A stretch of 63,004 bases of DNA, counting the filler, from Octopus bimaculoides (taxonomy: Eukaryota), in assembly GCF_001194135.2 (NCBI RefSeq). It is 5 parts of 5 records of this genome, joined end to end, with 100 filler letters (N's around TTAATTAATTAA, not from the genome) between each part and the next. Parts side by side here need not be neighbours in the genome. Positions count along the whole stretch, not along the records: positions 1 to 18,677 come from NC_069000.1; 4 more parts are not named here. The stretch is one strand, 5' to 3'. The notes beneath the pieces were generated by a model, which did not search any database, was not told the origin of the DNA, and saw nothing but the letters and a program-made list of their open reading frames with translations. The translations under genes were made by a program, and so were the position numbers. This document shows positions 1 through 12,903 of this stretch, piece by piece (position 1 is the stretch's first letter; each line of letters starts with the position of its first letter).

Positions 1-379
1 TTAGAAACTGGTCCTTTCTCTACTGGCAAGGGGTCTTGAAATAAAGCTGAATAATGGCATACATACATGGTTTCCTTCAACTATGCCTTACAATGGGTTT
101 CTGCACAAGTAAAGTTTCACCGGAAAGCAGTTACCTGAATAAGGATTCTTTTTTTTTTTTTTTACGACCAGCAGTTCTGGGTACATGTGAGTCACTGATG
201 TCCTTGGGAAAGACCGAATGGTGCCAAAAACCTTGGCACCAGTTTTGTTGCAGTTGGTCCCATTCAATCGCAGAATTGGAACAGATGCAGCAACGCATCG
301 CATCGGACGCACAAACACTACAACAATGACAAATAAGTATCCTCTTAGGAAACTAATACCGAATTTCTTGAGGTTTGAT

Positions 380-479
380 TTCTTCTTCTTCTTCTTCTTC
401 TTCTTCTTCTTCTTCTTCTTCTTCTTCTTCTTCTTCTTCTTCTTCTTCTTCTTCTTCTTCTTCTTCTTCTTCTTCTTCG
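380..479. repeat. (TTC)n microsatellite
   Basis: About 33 perfect TTC units. Confidence 0.97.
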
Positions 480-1303
480 TCTCTATCCCTATCTGCATCT
501 ATTACTTCAAAAATCTCTCCTCGTCCTCTCATTAACACTANNNNNNNNNNNNNNNNNNNNNNNNNNNNNNNNNNNNNNNNNNNNNNNNNNNNNNNNNNNN
601 NNNNNNNNNNNNNNNNNNNNNNNNNNNNNNNNNNNNNNNNNNNNNNNNNNNNNNNNNNNNNNNNNNNNNNNNNNNNNNNNNNNNNNNNNNNNNNNNNNNN
701 NNNNNNNNNNNNNNNNNNNNNNNNNNNNNNNNNNNNNNNNNNNNNNNNNNNNNNNNNNNNNNNNNNNNNNNNNNNNNNNNNNNNNNNNNNNNNNNNNNNN
801 NNNNNNNNNNNNNNNNNNNNNNNNNNNNNNNNNNNNNNNNNNNNNNNNNNNNNNNNNNNNNNNNNNNNNNNNNNNNNNNNNNNNNNNNNNNNNNNNNNNN
901 NNNNNNNNNNNNNNNNNNNNNNNNNNNNNNNNNNNNNNNNNNNNNNNNNNNNNNNNNNNNNNNNNNNNNNNNNNNNNNNNNNNNNNNNNNNNNNNNNNNN
1001 NNNNNNNNNNNNNNNNNNNNNNNNNNNNNNNNNNNNNNNNNNNNNNNNNNNNNNNNNNNNNNNNNNNNNNNNNNNNNNNNNNNNNNNNNNNNNNNNNNNN
1101 NNNNNNNNNNNNNNNNNNNNNNNNNNNNNNNNNNNNNNNNNNNNNNNNNNNNNNNNNNNNNNNNNNNNNNNNNNNNNNNNNNNNNNNNNNNNNNNNNNNN
1201 NNNNNNNNNNNNNNNNNNNNNNNNNNNNNNNNNNNNNNNNNNNNNNNNNNNNNNNNNNNNNNNNNNNNNNNNNNNNNNNNNNNNNNNNNNNNNNNNNNNN
1301 NNN

Positions 1304-1380
<77 letters not shown>

Positions 1381-1381
1381 T
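1304..1381. repeat. compound (TA)n(GATA)n microsatellite at gap edge
   Basis: Directly visible. Confidence 0.95.
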
Positions 1382-1569
1382 GCGCATGTATGCGTGTGTT
1401 AGAGGTATAGGTACTTAACAAATTTAGAGGTATGTTAGACACTGATTAAAGTATCTGGTGAAAATCTCAATATAAATATGCATATTATATATATATGAAA
1501 CTAATAAGTTACGTCTTGCTAGCTCACAGACTCTTCCTCTTTTTATATGTATATACTATGATTGTTATT

Positions 1570-1775
1570 TCAAATTTTAGCACAAGGCCAGAAATTTCGA
1601 GGGAAGAGATAATTCGATTGCATCGACCTCACTGCACAACTGGTATTTATTTTATCGACTCCAAAAGGATGAAAAGAAAATTCGACTTCAGCTGAATTTG
1701 AACTGAGAACGTAAGTACGGGCGATACACCACTAAGCATCTTGCCAGGTGTGCTAACGATTCTACCAGCTCACCG
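1570..1775 (-). mobile_element. SINE family B copy (tRNA-like head, TTTCATCCTTT...GTCGATAAA core)
   Basis: Collinear with copies at 31043-31253, 37545-37906 and 41935-42972. Tail GCACAAGGCC, core, and head CTAACGATTCTACCAGCTC are all present. Confidence 0.85.
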
Positions 1776-1888
1776 ATTATATAATAATAGTAAATGTTTT
1801 AATCATAACTCTCCAACAGAACGTGACACATATGCAAACTGATTAACGAAGCGACAATCGGAATTGTAGGATGATCATTTTTATTTAA

Positions 1889-1978
1889 CGGCATTTCGTA
1901 TCTCTCTACGTTTCGAATACAAACTCAGCTGAAAAGTTCTTACCTTTCATCCTTTCAACGATAAAATACGTAGCAGTC
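1889..1978 (+). mobile_element. degenerate SINE family B fragment
   Basis: CCTTTCATCCTTTCAACGATAAAATA core, inverted relative to 1570-1775. Confidence 0.6.
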
Positions 1979-2272
1979 GATATGAGCATGTACGTATGTG
2001 TGAAAAATCCCGCGTGTTTTCATCGTTTATTTAAACCACAACCGTGGTGTTTATCTCTATCTTGCCACAGCACGTCTAATAGCTGTCCCTCGGGATCTAT
2101 ATATTTCTTTGCTTCACTTCATCGGCATTTCATTCTTCCCTTGCAGCACATAACTCAGACACCAAAACAAGCCTTAAATAGAAGGAACCTTGAAATGGCA
2201 GCGAAATCTTAGCCTTCCGTAATAGAAATGAGGACATGTTACATGACGTAATCTTACATAGCCTTAAATAGA

Positions 2273-2340
2273 TGTCATGGCCAGTACTGGAATGCTTTTG
2301 ATCAAAGGCCTACTCAGTCAGGACTAAACAACAACAACTA
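2273..2340 (+). mobile_element. SINE family D 3' tail ending in (CAA)n
   Basis: TGGAATGCTTTTGATCAAAGG...GGACTAAACAACAACAAC, similar to 19485-19525, 51290-51345 and 55125-55190. Confidence 0.55.
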
Positions 2341-2696
2341 CCACAATAACAACAACGTTTGCCAAGCTTCTGCACAAACATAACCAGATAACCAAAGCAC
2401 TAATCAACTATATACAGTTTCAATGTGTTAGGCTCTTGGTTATCTGAGAAATATTTCTTATATGGTAGTAATATCAATTCTACAAATGTTCTTTTGTTGT
2501 TTATATGTTCACTAGTAATTTTTATCAGTAATTTGAGTCTTTCTGTTTGTCTGTCTGTATCCCCCCCTCTCTTTCCTTCTCCCTCACTAAATTTGTTTAT
2601 CTATAATTTGCCTATCTATATCTCTCTCTAATTCTCTCCCTCTCTCATCTGTCTGAATGTCCATCTGTCCGTCTGGTCTGCCTATCTGTCCGTCCG

Positions 2697-2760
<64 letters not shown>

Positions 2761-2765
2761 CCTAC

Positions 2766-2831
<66 letters not shown>
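2697..2831. repeat. (TCTA)n microsatellite
   Basis: Directly visible. Confidence 0.97.
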
Positions 2832-3730
2832 GGCTATGGCGAAAGAATGTGTATGGTGGACGCGTCTGAANNNNNNNNNNNNNNNNNNNNNNNNNNNNNN
2901 NNNNNNNNNNNNNNNNNNNNNNNNNNNNNNNNNNNNNNNNNNNNNNNNNNNNNNNNNNNNNNNNNNNNNNNNNNNNNNNNNNNNNNNNNNNNNNNNNNNN
3001 NNNNNNNNNNNNNNNNNNNNNNNNNNNNNNNNNNNNNNNNNNNNNNNNNNNNNNNNNNNNNNNNNNNNNNNNNNNNNNNNNNNNNNNNNNNNNNNNNNNN
3101 NNNNNNNNNNNNNNNNNNNNNNNNNNNNNNNNNNNNNNNNNNNNNNNNNNNNNNNNNNNNNNNNNNNNNNNNNNNNNNNNNNNNNNNNNNNNNNNNNNNN
3201 NNNNNNNNNNNNNNNNNNNNNNNNNNNNNNNNNNNNNNNNNNNNNNNNNNNNNNNNNNNNNNNNNNNNNNNNNNNNNNNNNNNNNNNNNNNNNNNNNNNN
3301 NNNNNNNNNNNNNNNNNNNNNNNNNNNNNNNNNNNNNNNNNNNNNNNNNNNNNNNNNNNNNNNNNNNNNNNNNNNNNNNNNNNNNNNNNNNNNNNNNNNN
3401 NNNNNNNNNNNNNNNNNNNNNNNNNNNNNNNNNNNNNNNNNNNNNNNNNNNNNNNNNNNNNNNNNNNNNNNNNNNNNNNNNNNNNNNNNNNNNNNNNNNN
3501 NNNNNNNNNNNNNNNNNNNNNNNNNNNNNNNNNNNNNNNNNNNNNNNNNNNNNNNNNNNNNNNNNNNNNNNNNNNNNNNNNNNNNNNNNNNNNNNNNNNN
3601 NNNNNNNNNNNNNNNNNNNNNNNNNNNNNNNNNNNNNNNNNNNNNNNNNNNNNNNNNNNNNNNNNNNNNNNNNNNNNNNNNNNNNNNNNNNNNNNNNNNN
3701 NNNNNNNNNNNNNNNNNNNNNNNNNNNNNN

Positions 3731-3850
3731 ATGGGTTTCTTTTAGTTTCCGTCTACCAAGTCCACTCACAAGGCTTTGGTCGGCCCGAGGCTATAGTAGA
3801 AGGCACTTGCCCAAGGTGCCACGCACTGGGAATGAACCCAGAACCACGTT
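3731..3850 (-). mobile_element. SINE family A 5' half (CORE-like GGCACCTTGGGCAAGTG)
   Basis: Near-identical to the reverse complement of 40460-40575. Confidence 0.9.
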
Positions 3851-4285
3851 TCAGGTGAATAGCAACTTCATGGTTCTGTATCATATGTGAGACTTTTGTA
3901 TCATCTGCATAACTTGTGATCGTGGCTCTCTGTGTGGCTGAGGGCATGTCTGAGAAGGCCATTATAAACAGTATTGGTCCCAAAACAGTGCCTTGCGCAA
4001 CACTGCTTACTATTTGCGTGTCATTGCAGGTGGCCCAATAGGCTACTACTGCTTGACTTCTGTCTTTCAGAAAGTCATGCAGCCATTCTCTCAATTTGCC
4101 GACTATGCCGAAATCCCGCAGTCTGTGACATATCATTCCATGATCAACTTTGTCGAAAGCCTTTGCAAAGTCGAGATACATCACATCCACATTTGAGTGG
4201 TTGAGGGACTGTTTCAACACCCGGTAATAATGTTGTATGAGCTGAGTTAGGAAGCTTCTTCCTGGTCGGAAACCATGGAAAATAA
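3851..4285 (-). pseudogene. non-LTR retrotransposon reverse transcriptase fragment (CR1/L2-type)
   Basis: Translation HGFRPGRS..DVMYLDFAKAFDKVDH..QGTVLGPILF..SYADDTK carries the canonical LINE RT motifs. It is truncated at both ends. Confidence 0.93.
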
Positions 4286-4453
4286 ACAAATAGTATATGT
4301 ATTTGACGATATTTATTATACTAGAGCTGTTTTTCATATGTAAACTTTCTCTTAGGTATGCAATTTCCGGGCATACCAGCTCATGATTTTACAAGCCATA
4401 AGCATATAAGTTGTTGGACTGGCTAGCTGCCTCGCCTTCAACCCATGCAGGTA

Positions 4454-4502
4454 GGTGGTGTTGATAAGCCACAAAAATGGCGAAACTTCGATGTCCATCA
4501 CC
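4454..4502 (+). ncRNA. minimal type I hammerhead ribozyme motif, U3-A8 core variant
   Basis: Stem I GGUGGUG/CAUCACC (7 bp), core UUGAUAA, stem II GCCA/UGGC, GAAA, near-palindromic stem III ACUUCGAUGU, GUC cleavage triplet. Confidence 0.75.
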
Positions 4503-5274
4503 CAAATGGGATTGAGTGTGAGTTATCTCGCTTGTCCACGGTTATAAAGTGTCTTAACACCGGCGACATGAGAGTTATATCCTCCGCTACGCCGTTGCAG
4601 CCACCGGAAAATAGCCAAAGCATATACATTAATATATGTATTTAACAATATATATATANNNNNNNNNNNNNNNNNNNNNNNNNNNNNNNNNNNNNNNNNN
4701 NNNNNNNNNNNNNNNNNNNNNNNNNNNNNNNNNNNNNNNNNNNNNNNNNNNNNNNNNNNNNNNNNNNNNNNNNNNNNNNNNNNNNNNNNNNNNNNNNNNN
4801 NNNNNNNNNNNNNNNNNNNNNNNNNNNNNNNNNNNNNNNNNNNNNNNNNNNNNNNNNNNNNNNNNNNNNNNNNNNNNNNNNNNNNNNNNNNNNNNNNNNN
4901 NNNNNNNNNNNNNNNNNNNNNNNNNNNNNNNNNNNNNNNNNNNNNNNNNNNNNNNNNNNNNNNNNNNNNNNNNNNNNNNNNNNNNNNNNNNNNNNNNNNN
5001 NNNNNNNNNNNNNNNNNNNNNNNNNNNNNNNNNNNNNNNNNNNNNNNNNNNNNNNNNNNNNNNNNNNNNNNNNNNNNNNNNNNNNNNNNNNNNNNNNNNN
5101 NNNNNNNNNNNNNNNNNNNNNNNNNNNNNNNNNNNNNNNNNNNNNNNNNNNNNNNNNNNNNNNNNNNNNNNNNNNNNNNNNNNNNNNNNNNNNNNNNNNN
5201 NNNNNNNNNNNNNNNNNNNNNNNNNNNNNNNNNNNNNNNNNNNNNNNNNNNNNNNNNNNNNNNNNNAAAAAAAG

Positions 5275-5375
5275 TCTTAGGGTCGATTAGTTCAGCTAAA
5301 ACTCTTCAAGGCAGTGCTCCAGCATGGCTGTAGTCAAATGACAGGGACAAATAAAAAAAATGAAAGAAATAAAAG
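5275..5375 (+). mobile_element. SINE family A 3' tail
   Basis: GGTCGATT...GTGCTCCAGCATGGCTGTAGTCAAATGAC followed by an A-rich end. Confidence 0.8.
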
Positions 5376-5724
5376 AATATATGTATTATCGTTCTATCTG
5401 TGTAAAACAAACGGTATTTCAGTCTTTCCTTTAAAGGGCTTCATACAAACGATATTAATTTCTTGCGTGAAAGAGATGGTGGGGAACAAACCAGCCCTTA
5501 AATAAAAGGCTTCTAAGCCTCATGTTTAAGGTACTGGGTAGACCTGCTACAATTCCTTCCCCCATACATCCAAAGTAAAATAAGTCAAAAATAAAGAAAT
5601 GAAATAGAATAAACATGCTGACACAGCAGTGAATTTTTTTCTATATACTTAGCCCTAATAGAGTGTAAAAAAAAGAACCTTTTTTCCTTCAGCACACGTC
5701 TTAGATTTCATCTTCATAATCTCC

Positions 5725-5989
5725 CTAATATGCATGTATGTATCTAGGTATGTGGGTAAGTAAATATGCGTGTGTGTATGTATGTATGTATGTATGTGTG
5801 TGTGTTTGTATGTATCTATGGATGTTTGTATATATATATCTAGGTGTGCGTGAATGTATGTATACGTTTACGTACGTATATACGTTTGTATGTGTATGTA
5901 TGTGTGAAGTTATATATGTAGGTATGTATGTGCGTGTGTAAGTGTATGTACGTATGTAGTTATGTACGTGTGTATGTATATATATATAC

Positions 5990-6028
<39 letters not shown>
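5725..6028. repeat. degenerate (TG/TA/TATG)n low-complexity tract
   Basis: Directly visible. Confidence 0.9.
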
Positions 6029-7303
6029 NNNNNNNNNNNNNNNNNNNNNNNNNNNNNNNNNNNNNNNNNNNNNNNNNNNNNNNNNNNNNNNNNNNNNNNN
6101 NNNNNNNNNNNNNNNNNNNNNNNNNNNNNNNNNNNNNNNNNNNNNNNNNNNNNNNNNNNNNNNNNNNNNNNNNNNNNNNNNNNNNNNNNNNNNNNNNNNN
6201 NNNNNNNNNNNNNNNNNNNNNNNNNNNNNNNNNNNNNNNNNNNNNNNNNNNNNNNNNNNNNNNNNNNNNNNNNNNNNNNNNNNNNNNNNNNNNNNNNNNN
6301 NNNNNNNNNNNNNNNNNNNNNNNNNNNNNNNNNNNNNNNNNNNNNNNNNNNNNNNNNNNNNNNNNNNNNNNNNNNNNNNNNNNNNNNNNNNNNNNNNNNN
6401 NNNNNNNNNNNNNNNNNNNNNNNNNNNNNNNNNNNNNNNNNNNNNNNNNNNNNNNNNNNNNNNNNNNNNNNNNNNNNNNNNNNNNNNNNNNNNNNNNNNN
6501 NNNNNNNNNNNNNNNNNNNNNNNNNNNNNNNNNNNNNNNNNNNNNNNNNNNNNNNNNNNNNNNNNNNNNNNNNNNNNNNNNNNNNNNNNNNNNNNNNNNN
6601 NNNNNNNNNNNNNNNNNNNNNNNNNNNNNNNNNNNNNNNNNNNNNNNNNNNNNNNNNNNNNNNNNNNNNNNNNNNNNNNNNNNNNNNNNNNNNNNNNNNN
6701 NNNNNNNNNNNNNNNNNNNNNNNNNNNNNNNNNNNNNNNNNNNNNNNNNNNNNNNNNNNNNNNNNNNNNNNNNNNNNNNNNNNNNNNNNNNNNNNNNNNN
6801 NNNNNNNNNNNNNNNNNNNNNNNNNNNNNNNNNNNNNNNNNNNNNNNNNNNNNNNNNNNNNNNNNNNNNNNNNNNNNNNNNNNNNNNNNNNNNNNNNNNN
6901 NNNNNNNNNNNNNNNNNNNNNNNNNNNNNNNNNNNNNNNNNNNNNNNNNNNNNNNNNNNNCGTGCCTCATCGCGTTCTTACACACATAATTTTTCTCGTC
7001 TGGCCGTAAAGCCTTTTCTGTTTGTTTTCCTGTCTTGTTTTTTGTCCGCCAGTACATTCCTCCATGGCTAGATTTAATTTGCGTATACAAATTTAATCTG
7101 CGATCCATGGGACGAGCCGTTTTAGCGATGCGTCCTGCCCAAGCTCGTCGAAACGCCGGTGTTAAAACGTGGGTGGCTGATGAAGGAGATGTTCTCTACG
7201 TTTGTTTGCAATGTCCTGTACCCAGTTATGCACCTATACATACAGGTGGATGTCGCTATACACATACCTGTATGTATATATGCATATACTCATTTACTAT
7301 TTG

Positions 7304-7343
<40 letters not shown>

Positions 7344-8414
7344 CATATATATGTTTATATAATGCATGTATTAATATACACATATGCACGCAAATATATG
7401 AATGTACGTATAAATGTAGATAGATATTAACATGCATTTAGATTATTATTTGTGTATGTGTGTTTTCGTGTGCGCCCACGTGTGCGCGCGCGCGCGGATC
7501 CACACACATTCCGTAAGCTTGTATGTTAAGGAGGTACACTCACATATATATAAACACGCACATGCACACAGACACACTTATAGACCATAGGAACACGCAT
7601 AGTGATGTGTACCTATTCGTGTGTATGTGCGTGTTTGTTTGTGTTTGTGTTTGTGTGTGCGCGTGTGTGGTGCCGGATTTGGTGGGGGGGGGTGCGCGTG
7701 TGGGTGCGTGAGTACCCCACATATCTTGCTGCAATAAGAAAGAAATAGCATAACCTAGGTCTCTGTGGATGCTGCCTGAAGAAGTTTGATATTAGTGATG
7801 TACTTCGCTGTTGATACTGACACACCCAAAACCTCGACAATAGGGGTGGCTAACGGGTGTTTTATCATGTGCTGGATTAGCAATGCGCACCATGTGGTAG
7901 CAGTAGCGGTGGTGGCGACGCTAATGGCGGCGGCGGTGGTGGAGATAATGGTTATGGTGGTGGTGGTGGTGATGTATCGGTCGTGGTTTTGGTAGTGGTG
8001 CTGGCAGTAGTGGAGGTGATGGCAGTGGTAGTTTTGGTAGTGAGTATGTGGCGGGGTGGCGGCGGCGGTGGTGGAGATAATGGTTATGNNNNNNNNNNNN
8101 NNNNNNNNNNNNNNNNNNNNNNNNNNNNNNNNNNNNNNNNNNNNNNNNNNNNNNNNNNNNNNNNNNNNNNNNNNNNNNNNNNNNNNNNNNNNNNNNNNNN
8201 NNNNNNNNNNNNNNNNNNNNNNNNNNNNNNNNNNNNNNNNNNNNNNNNNNNNNNNNNNNNNNNNNNNNNNNNNNNNNNNNNNNNNNNNNNNNNNNNNNNN
8301 NNNNNNNNNNNNNNNNNNNNNNNNNNNNNNNNNNNNNNNNNNNNNNNNNNNNNNNNNNNNNNNNNNNNNNNNNNNNNNNNNNNNNNNNNNNNNNNNNNNN
8401 NNNNNNNNNNNNNN

Positions 8415-8542
8415 GTACTTATTCTATCAGTCTCTGTTGCCGAACCGCTAAGTTACGGGGACGTAAACACACCAGCATCGGTTGTCAAGCGATGTTGGGG
8501 GGACAAACACAGGCACACAAACACATACATACACATACATAT

Positions 8543-8579
<37 letters not shown>

Positions 8580-8705
8580 CATATATACGACGGGCTTCTT
8601 TCAGTTTCTGTCTACCAAATCCACTCACAAGGCTTTGGTTGGCCCGAGGCTATAGTAGAAGACACCTGCCCAAGGTGCCACGCAGTGGGACTGAACCTAG
8701 AACCA
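8415..8705 (-). mobile_element. SINE family A with internal (CA)/(TA) microsatellite
   Basis: Both halves match 26443-26861 and 40413-40833. Confidence 0.92.
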
Positions 8706-8984
8706 TTTTCCTTCAACCATTTTCCTTCAACATATTGGCACAGCTATGGCTGTGTTGTTAAGAAGCTTGTTTTATAACCACGCCTTCTTCTATAGCCCTG
8801 GAGCAATCAGTACCTTGTGAGTGAATTTGGTAGACAGAAACTGTGTGGAATTATTATGGCCAGGTTCCAACCCGGGCCGCAGCAACAAAGTTTATTCTCT
8901 ACACTTCTCTGTCCGTCATCACAACCTCGTGATTCTGGATACATTCCAGGCCAGTATCTGCAATCAAGTTGTTCATGTGTGACA

Positions 8985-9185
8985 ACGTTTTCCTTTTGTT
9001 ACGTCAACGATGAAGTGAAATGGCTGCAATATATGACAAATGAATGCCCTTACGGAGACCAGCCGAAAGATAGCGAGATCAAGCAAAGACGGCTGCGACT
9101 ATCTGGTCACTGCGTGCGCCACTCTGACTTGGAAGCATCCAAATTAGTCTTGTGGGACGCACTGTGTGGACGTGGGTCCCACAAT
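8985..9185 (+). pseudogene. RTE-clade LINE ORF C-terminal remnant
   Basis: KWLQYMTNECPYGDQPKDSEIKQRRLRLSGHCVRHSDLEASKLVLW resembles the RTE C-terminal pattern W..TNEELYG..RRLRFAGHC.RH..LVLW. Confidence 0.75.
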
Positions 9186-9430
9186 ACTTCGAGAGAGTGC
9201 GGCAGTAAGGCCTTAATCCAATGACTGAAGCAATTAAAAGATAAAATAGCTTTTCAAGACCGTAATATATCATTTGAGGGAAATCTGGCTGCTGTTTCTT
9301 GCAAGCCGAGCAACGACGTATAGGCATCCTCGTTATCGTATTGTCGCAATAGTAGTAATAGAAGTAAGGCTTGTTGTCGTTGCGTTCTTGGTAATGCTGG
9401 CAATGGTATATGTGTGTGTGGCGGTAGTGA

Positions 9431-9461
<31 letters not shown>

Positions 9462-11224
9462 AGTGGCGGTGGAGCGCTGAAGTGCTGGAGTGGTGCTCTC
9501 GGCCGACTTTTCTGGTTATCTGAGAGATGTGAGAGATGCTCTGCATAATGTGTCACACAAGCACGCCTATAGTCTCACGCAGGCAAACCTACATATGAGT
9601 GTATTTGTGCTTTGCCTTTTTGTGTAGTTGTGTTTTGCGTTTATATGTGTGTGCACGTGACACACATACACACATACACACACACACACATATATGAGAC
9701 GTGAATATGTACACACACATAAACACACACAAAAACACATATCTATCTTTGCAAACGTTCTTATGTGCCCATGTCCGTATATGTAAGAATGCATGTATAT
9801 GTGTGGATAGGTATGTGTATATTTATATATATATATATATATATATACATGTGTATGTGTGTTTGTGTGTGTATTTATGCATGCTTGTATATATTACAAA
9901 ACCTATACATGTGTATAGAATACATATACCAGTATGTTATAAACTGACATAGACATATACATATGTGCATTCACACACGTATAAATTAAATTTAGATGTA
10001 TACATGCAAATGTAAGTTCTGATGGTTTAACATCTGTGCATATATCTTGCATATCTATATATTTGTACATCTATATATCTATATATTTATCTCGTCTCGG
10101 TGTCTCTCTTTCTCACGATAATTTTCACACACACACAGAGACAAAGACACACATGTATGTATGTATGTATTATATATATATATATATATATATATACTGA
10201 GAGAGAGAGAGAGAGAGAGAGAGAATGGGAAAGAAATTCATATACATGTACATTTACATATACACACACACACAGAGATACACATGCATACACTCAAAAG
10301 CGCGCACTCACACACATACACGCACAAACACACACGCGCGCACACAAACACACGCATGCATACACACATACAAGCACACACACACACACACACACACACA
10401 TATGTGTGTGTACACAGTCATACCCAATAACAAACATTCACATACGCTCATGGATCCACATCCCCCGAAGCCTGTAGTGATAAATAGGTTATGAAAATAA
10501 GCCATGCCAATATGCTACCTTCCTAACAGATAACCAAAGAAATAGGATGCCTTAAGCTGTTATTTCTACAAACTTTCTCTATTTTTTCTTTTACTTTCGT
10601 CTTTTCTCTTATCTCTTATAGTCATTTCAGTCTCAAGTATTCTTGCTCCTTGATTTCGTTTGTATATTTATTTATTATGTTTAAATATGTTTTGCTTTTG
10701 CTGCGTATAAATGGACATCACTGCATTGTTATGTTGCGAGTATTCTTTTATATGTCCGTTATAAATTCTTTTATGTCTTTTTACCCATCAAAGCACGCTC
10801 ATGCTAGGGCACAGCCTTTAAGGATTTTCTATTCGATCATGTCACATCCTCCCCATCACCAAACGCTGCATTTATTTCAATCTGGTATTAGTTAGTTAAT
10901 TTATCATTGAGTATTTAAACTTAAACTGAATATTCAGTTATATATATATATATATATATATNNNNNNNNNNNNNNNNNNNNNNNNNNNNNNNNNNNNNNN
11001 NNNNNNNNNNNNNNNNNNNNNNNNNNNNNNNNNNNNNNNNNNNNNNNTGTGTGCATCTATGAGATAGTAGACACACGTGTACGTATATTTCTATAATATG
11101 AATTTGACATGGGCGATCGTTGTATTCTTTCTTGTTTTGAGGTCCACAGCCAAACGGCTCGGTGGATTCGCGTGAAAAATGACACACATGCGGTTTGTAT
11201 TTTTTCCTAGTCCCCATAGTTACC

Positions 11225-11437
11225 GAGAAAATCGATTAAAACCTTTTCTAATTACACTGGTGCCAAACTGTATCGGCCTTTGCCTTTCCTTTGGATAACA
11301 TTGGTAGCGTGGAGAGAGGAGATTGCTATGCATGGGCGACTGCTGCTCTTCCATAAACAACCTTGCCCAGACTTGCGCTTCGGAGGGTAACTTTCTCGGA
11401 GCAAGCCCATGGTCATTCACGACCGAAGGGGGTCCCT
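11225..11437. mobile_element. probable interspersed repeat remnant
   Basis: Single copy in the window. CCATAAACAACCTTGCCC...GGTCATTCACGACCGAAGGGGGTC is recognised only from memory of cephalopod repeats. Confidence 0.35.
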
Positions 11438-12544
11438 ATATGTGTATGTGTGTGTATTTATGCGTAGTGTATTGTACCTAATATATAGTACAATGTACAT
11501 AGTATTTCTGAGGACTGAAATAAACAACGCTAAAGATTTATTTTCTTCGGCCAGTATTTCTATAAAGCAAATATTTGAAATAAAGGGCTAACTTTGGTTT
11601 GATTGAACTAATCAACTTTAAATCAAGTAACACATGCTACATTTGCCATGCAGGAAGATAACATCGTTTTCGTGCAATGGATGGAATAGAAATTCTTCCT
11701 ATAACATAAATGTCTGTCTTGGGGTACAATACTTCATATTCCATTAGCAAACCTGGCCACCCAGTTTTAACTTTTTAACGAAACGATCTTTATATTCTGT
11801 GGCACTTGTATGAACCTTCAAGTGTAAATACAACAACTGGTTGCCGATAAGAATAGACATATGCGCGTCCCAGAAAATAACTTTACTAGTGTCTGTAAAT
11901 ATCATTTGAACATTCTCATACATTTTATAAGCTTGAATATTTTTTGCATGTTTTCAAGGATATATCTAATTCCATGTGATGTAACCAAAAAAGAAAGCTA
12001 TTAATGTTTTATTTTTCAAACCCTGAACAATAAAAATATGAATAAAAATAATTTCTTTCATTGGTTAAAAGTGGTGGAATTGCAAACAATTGAATTGATA
12101 TCAGTAATTTGATTGGTACTTGTTTTATCGACTCTAATGTAAATGCCTTTGTTTTTTTTCTCTGTATGACACAGAAAGCTTCGTAACAGATGGCAACTAG
12201 TCGAATAGCGTAGTGTTTATCAAAGATTTCTGTGTGAAAATGTGAGTAAAAAAATGTGCAAAGGACGCCCAGCAGAGAGAAAAGTTTATAAAGACATTTA
12301 ATCTACTGATATATAAATATATTGAATTTAAAAAATTAAAGTAAAAACAAGTTTATAAATGTATATGAATAAATGGAGAAGATATGATACAATACTTCTA
12401 GAATGAAAGAGAGAACCAGATAAGAATGCATTCATACATACATACATACATACATGTAACTTCTATCATTTACCTGTTTACCGCCTTTAAGAATTTCTAG
12501 TTGAATGAATCGACTCCAGTACTTATTTTTTTAAATCATGGTAA

Positions 12545-12670
12545 TTCTAACACAAGGCTTTGGTCGGCCTGAGGCTATAACAGAAGTCACTTGCCCCAAG
12601 TGCCACACTATGGGACGAAACTCGGAACCATGTGGTTGGCAAGCAAGCTACTTACCACACAGTCACGCCT
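12545..12670 (-). mobile_element. SINE family A 5' half
   Basis: ACAAGGCTTTGGTCGGCC...TTGCCCCAAGTGCCAC...CTTACCACACAG. Confidence 0.88.
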
Positions 12671-12699
12671 ATATACACATGCATCTATCTATCTATCTA

Positions 12700-12732
<33 letters not shown>

Positions 12733-12862
12733 NNNNNNNNNNNNNNNNNNNNNNNNNNNNNNNNNNNNNNNNNNNNNNNNNNNNNNNNNNNNNNNNNNNN
12801 NNNNNNNNNNNNNNNNNNNNNNNNNNNNNNNNNNNNNNNNNNNNNNNNNNNNNNNNNNNNNN

Positions 12863-12903
<41 letters not shown>

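Noticed and set aside
54-535. ORFs of 91-136 aa at the window start
   Set aside because: They are driven by (TTC)n and poly-T tracts, with no recognisable domain. The GGTGCCAA/TTGGCACC hairpin at 220-240 is too short to interpret.
2139-2212. Strong-looking acceptor TTCTTCCCTTGCAG followed by a short open frame
   Set aside because: No homology, donor or other support. Such sites are expected by chance.
7759-7815. Peptide LCGCCLKKFDISDVLRC* after CCTAG
   Set aside because: Short, with a weak acceptor and no recognisable family.
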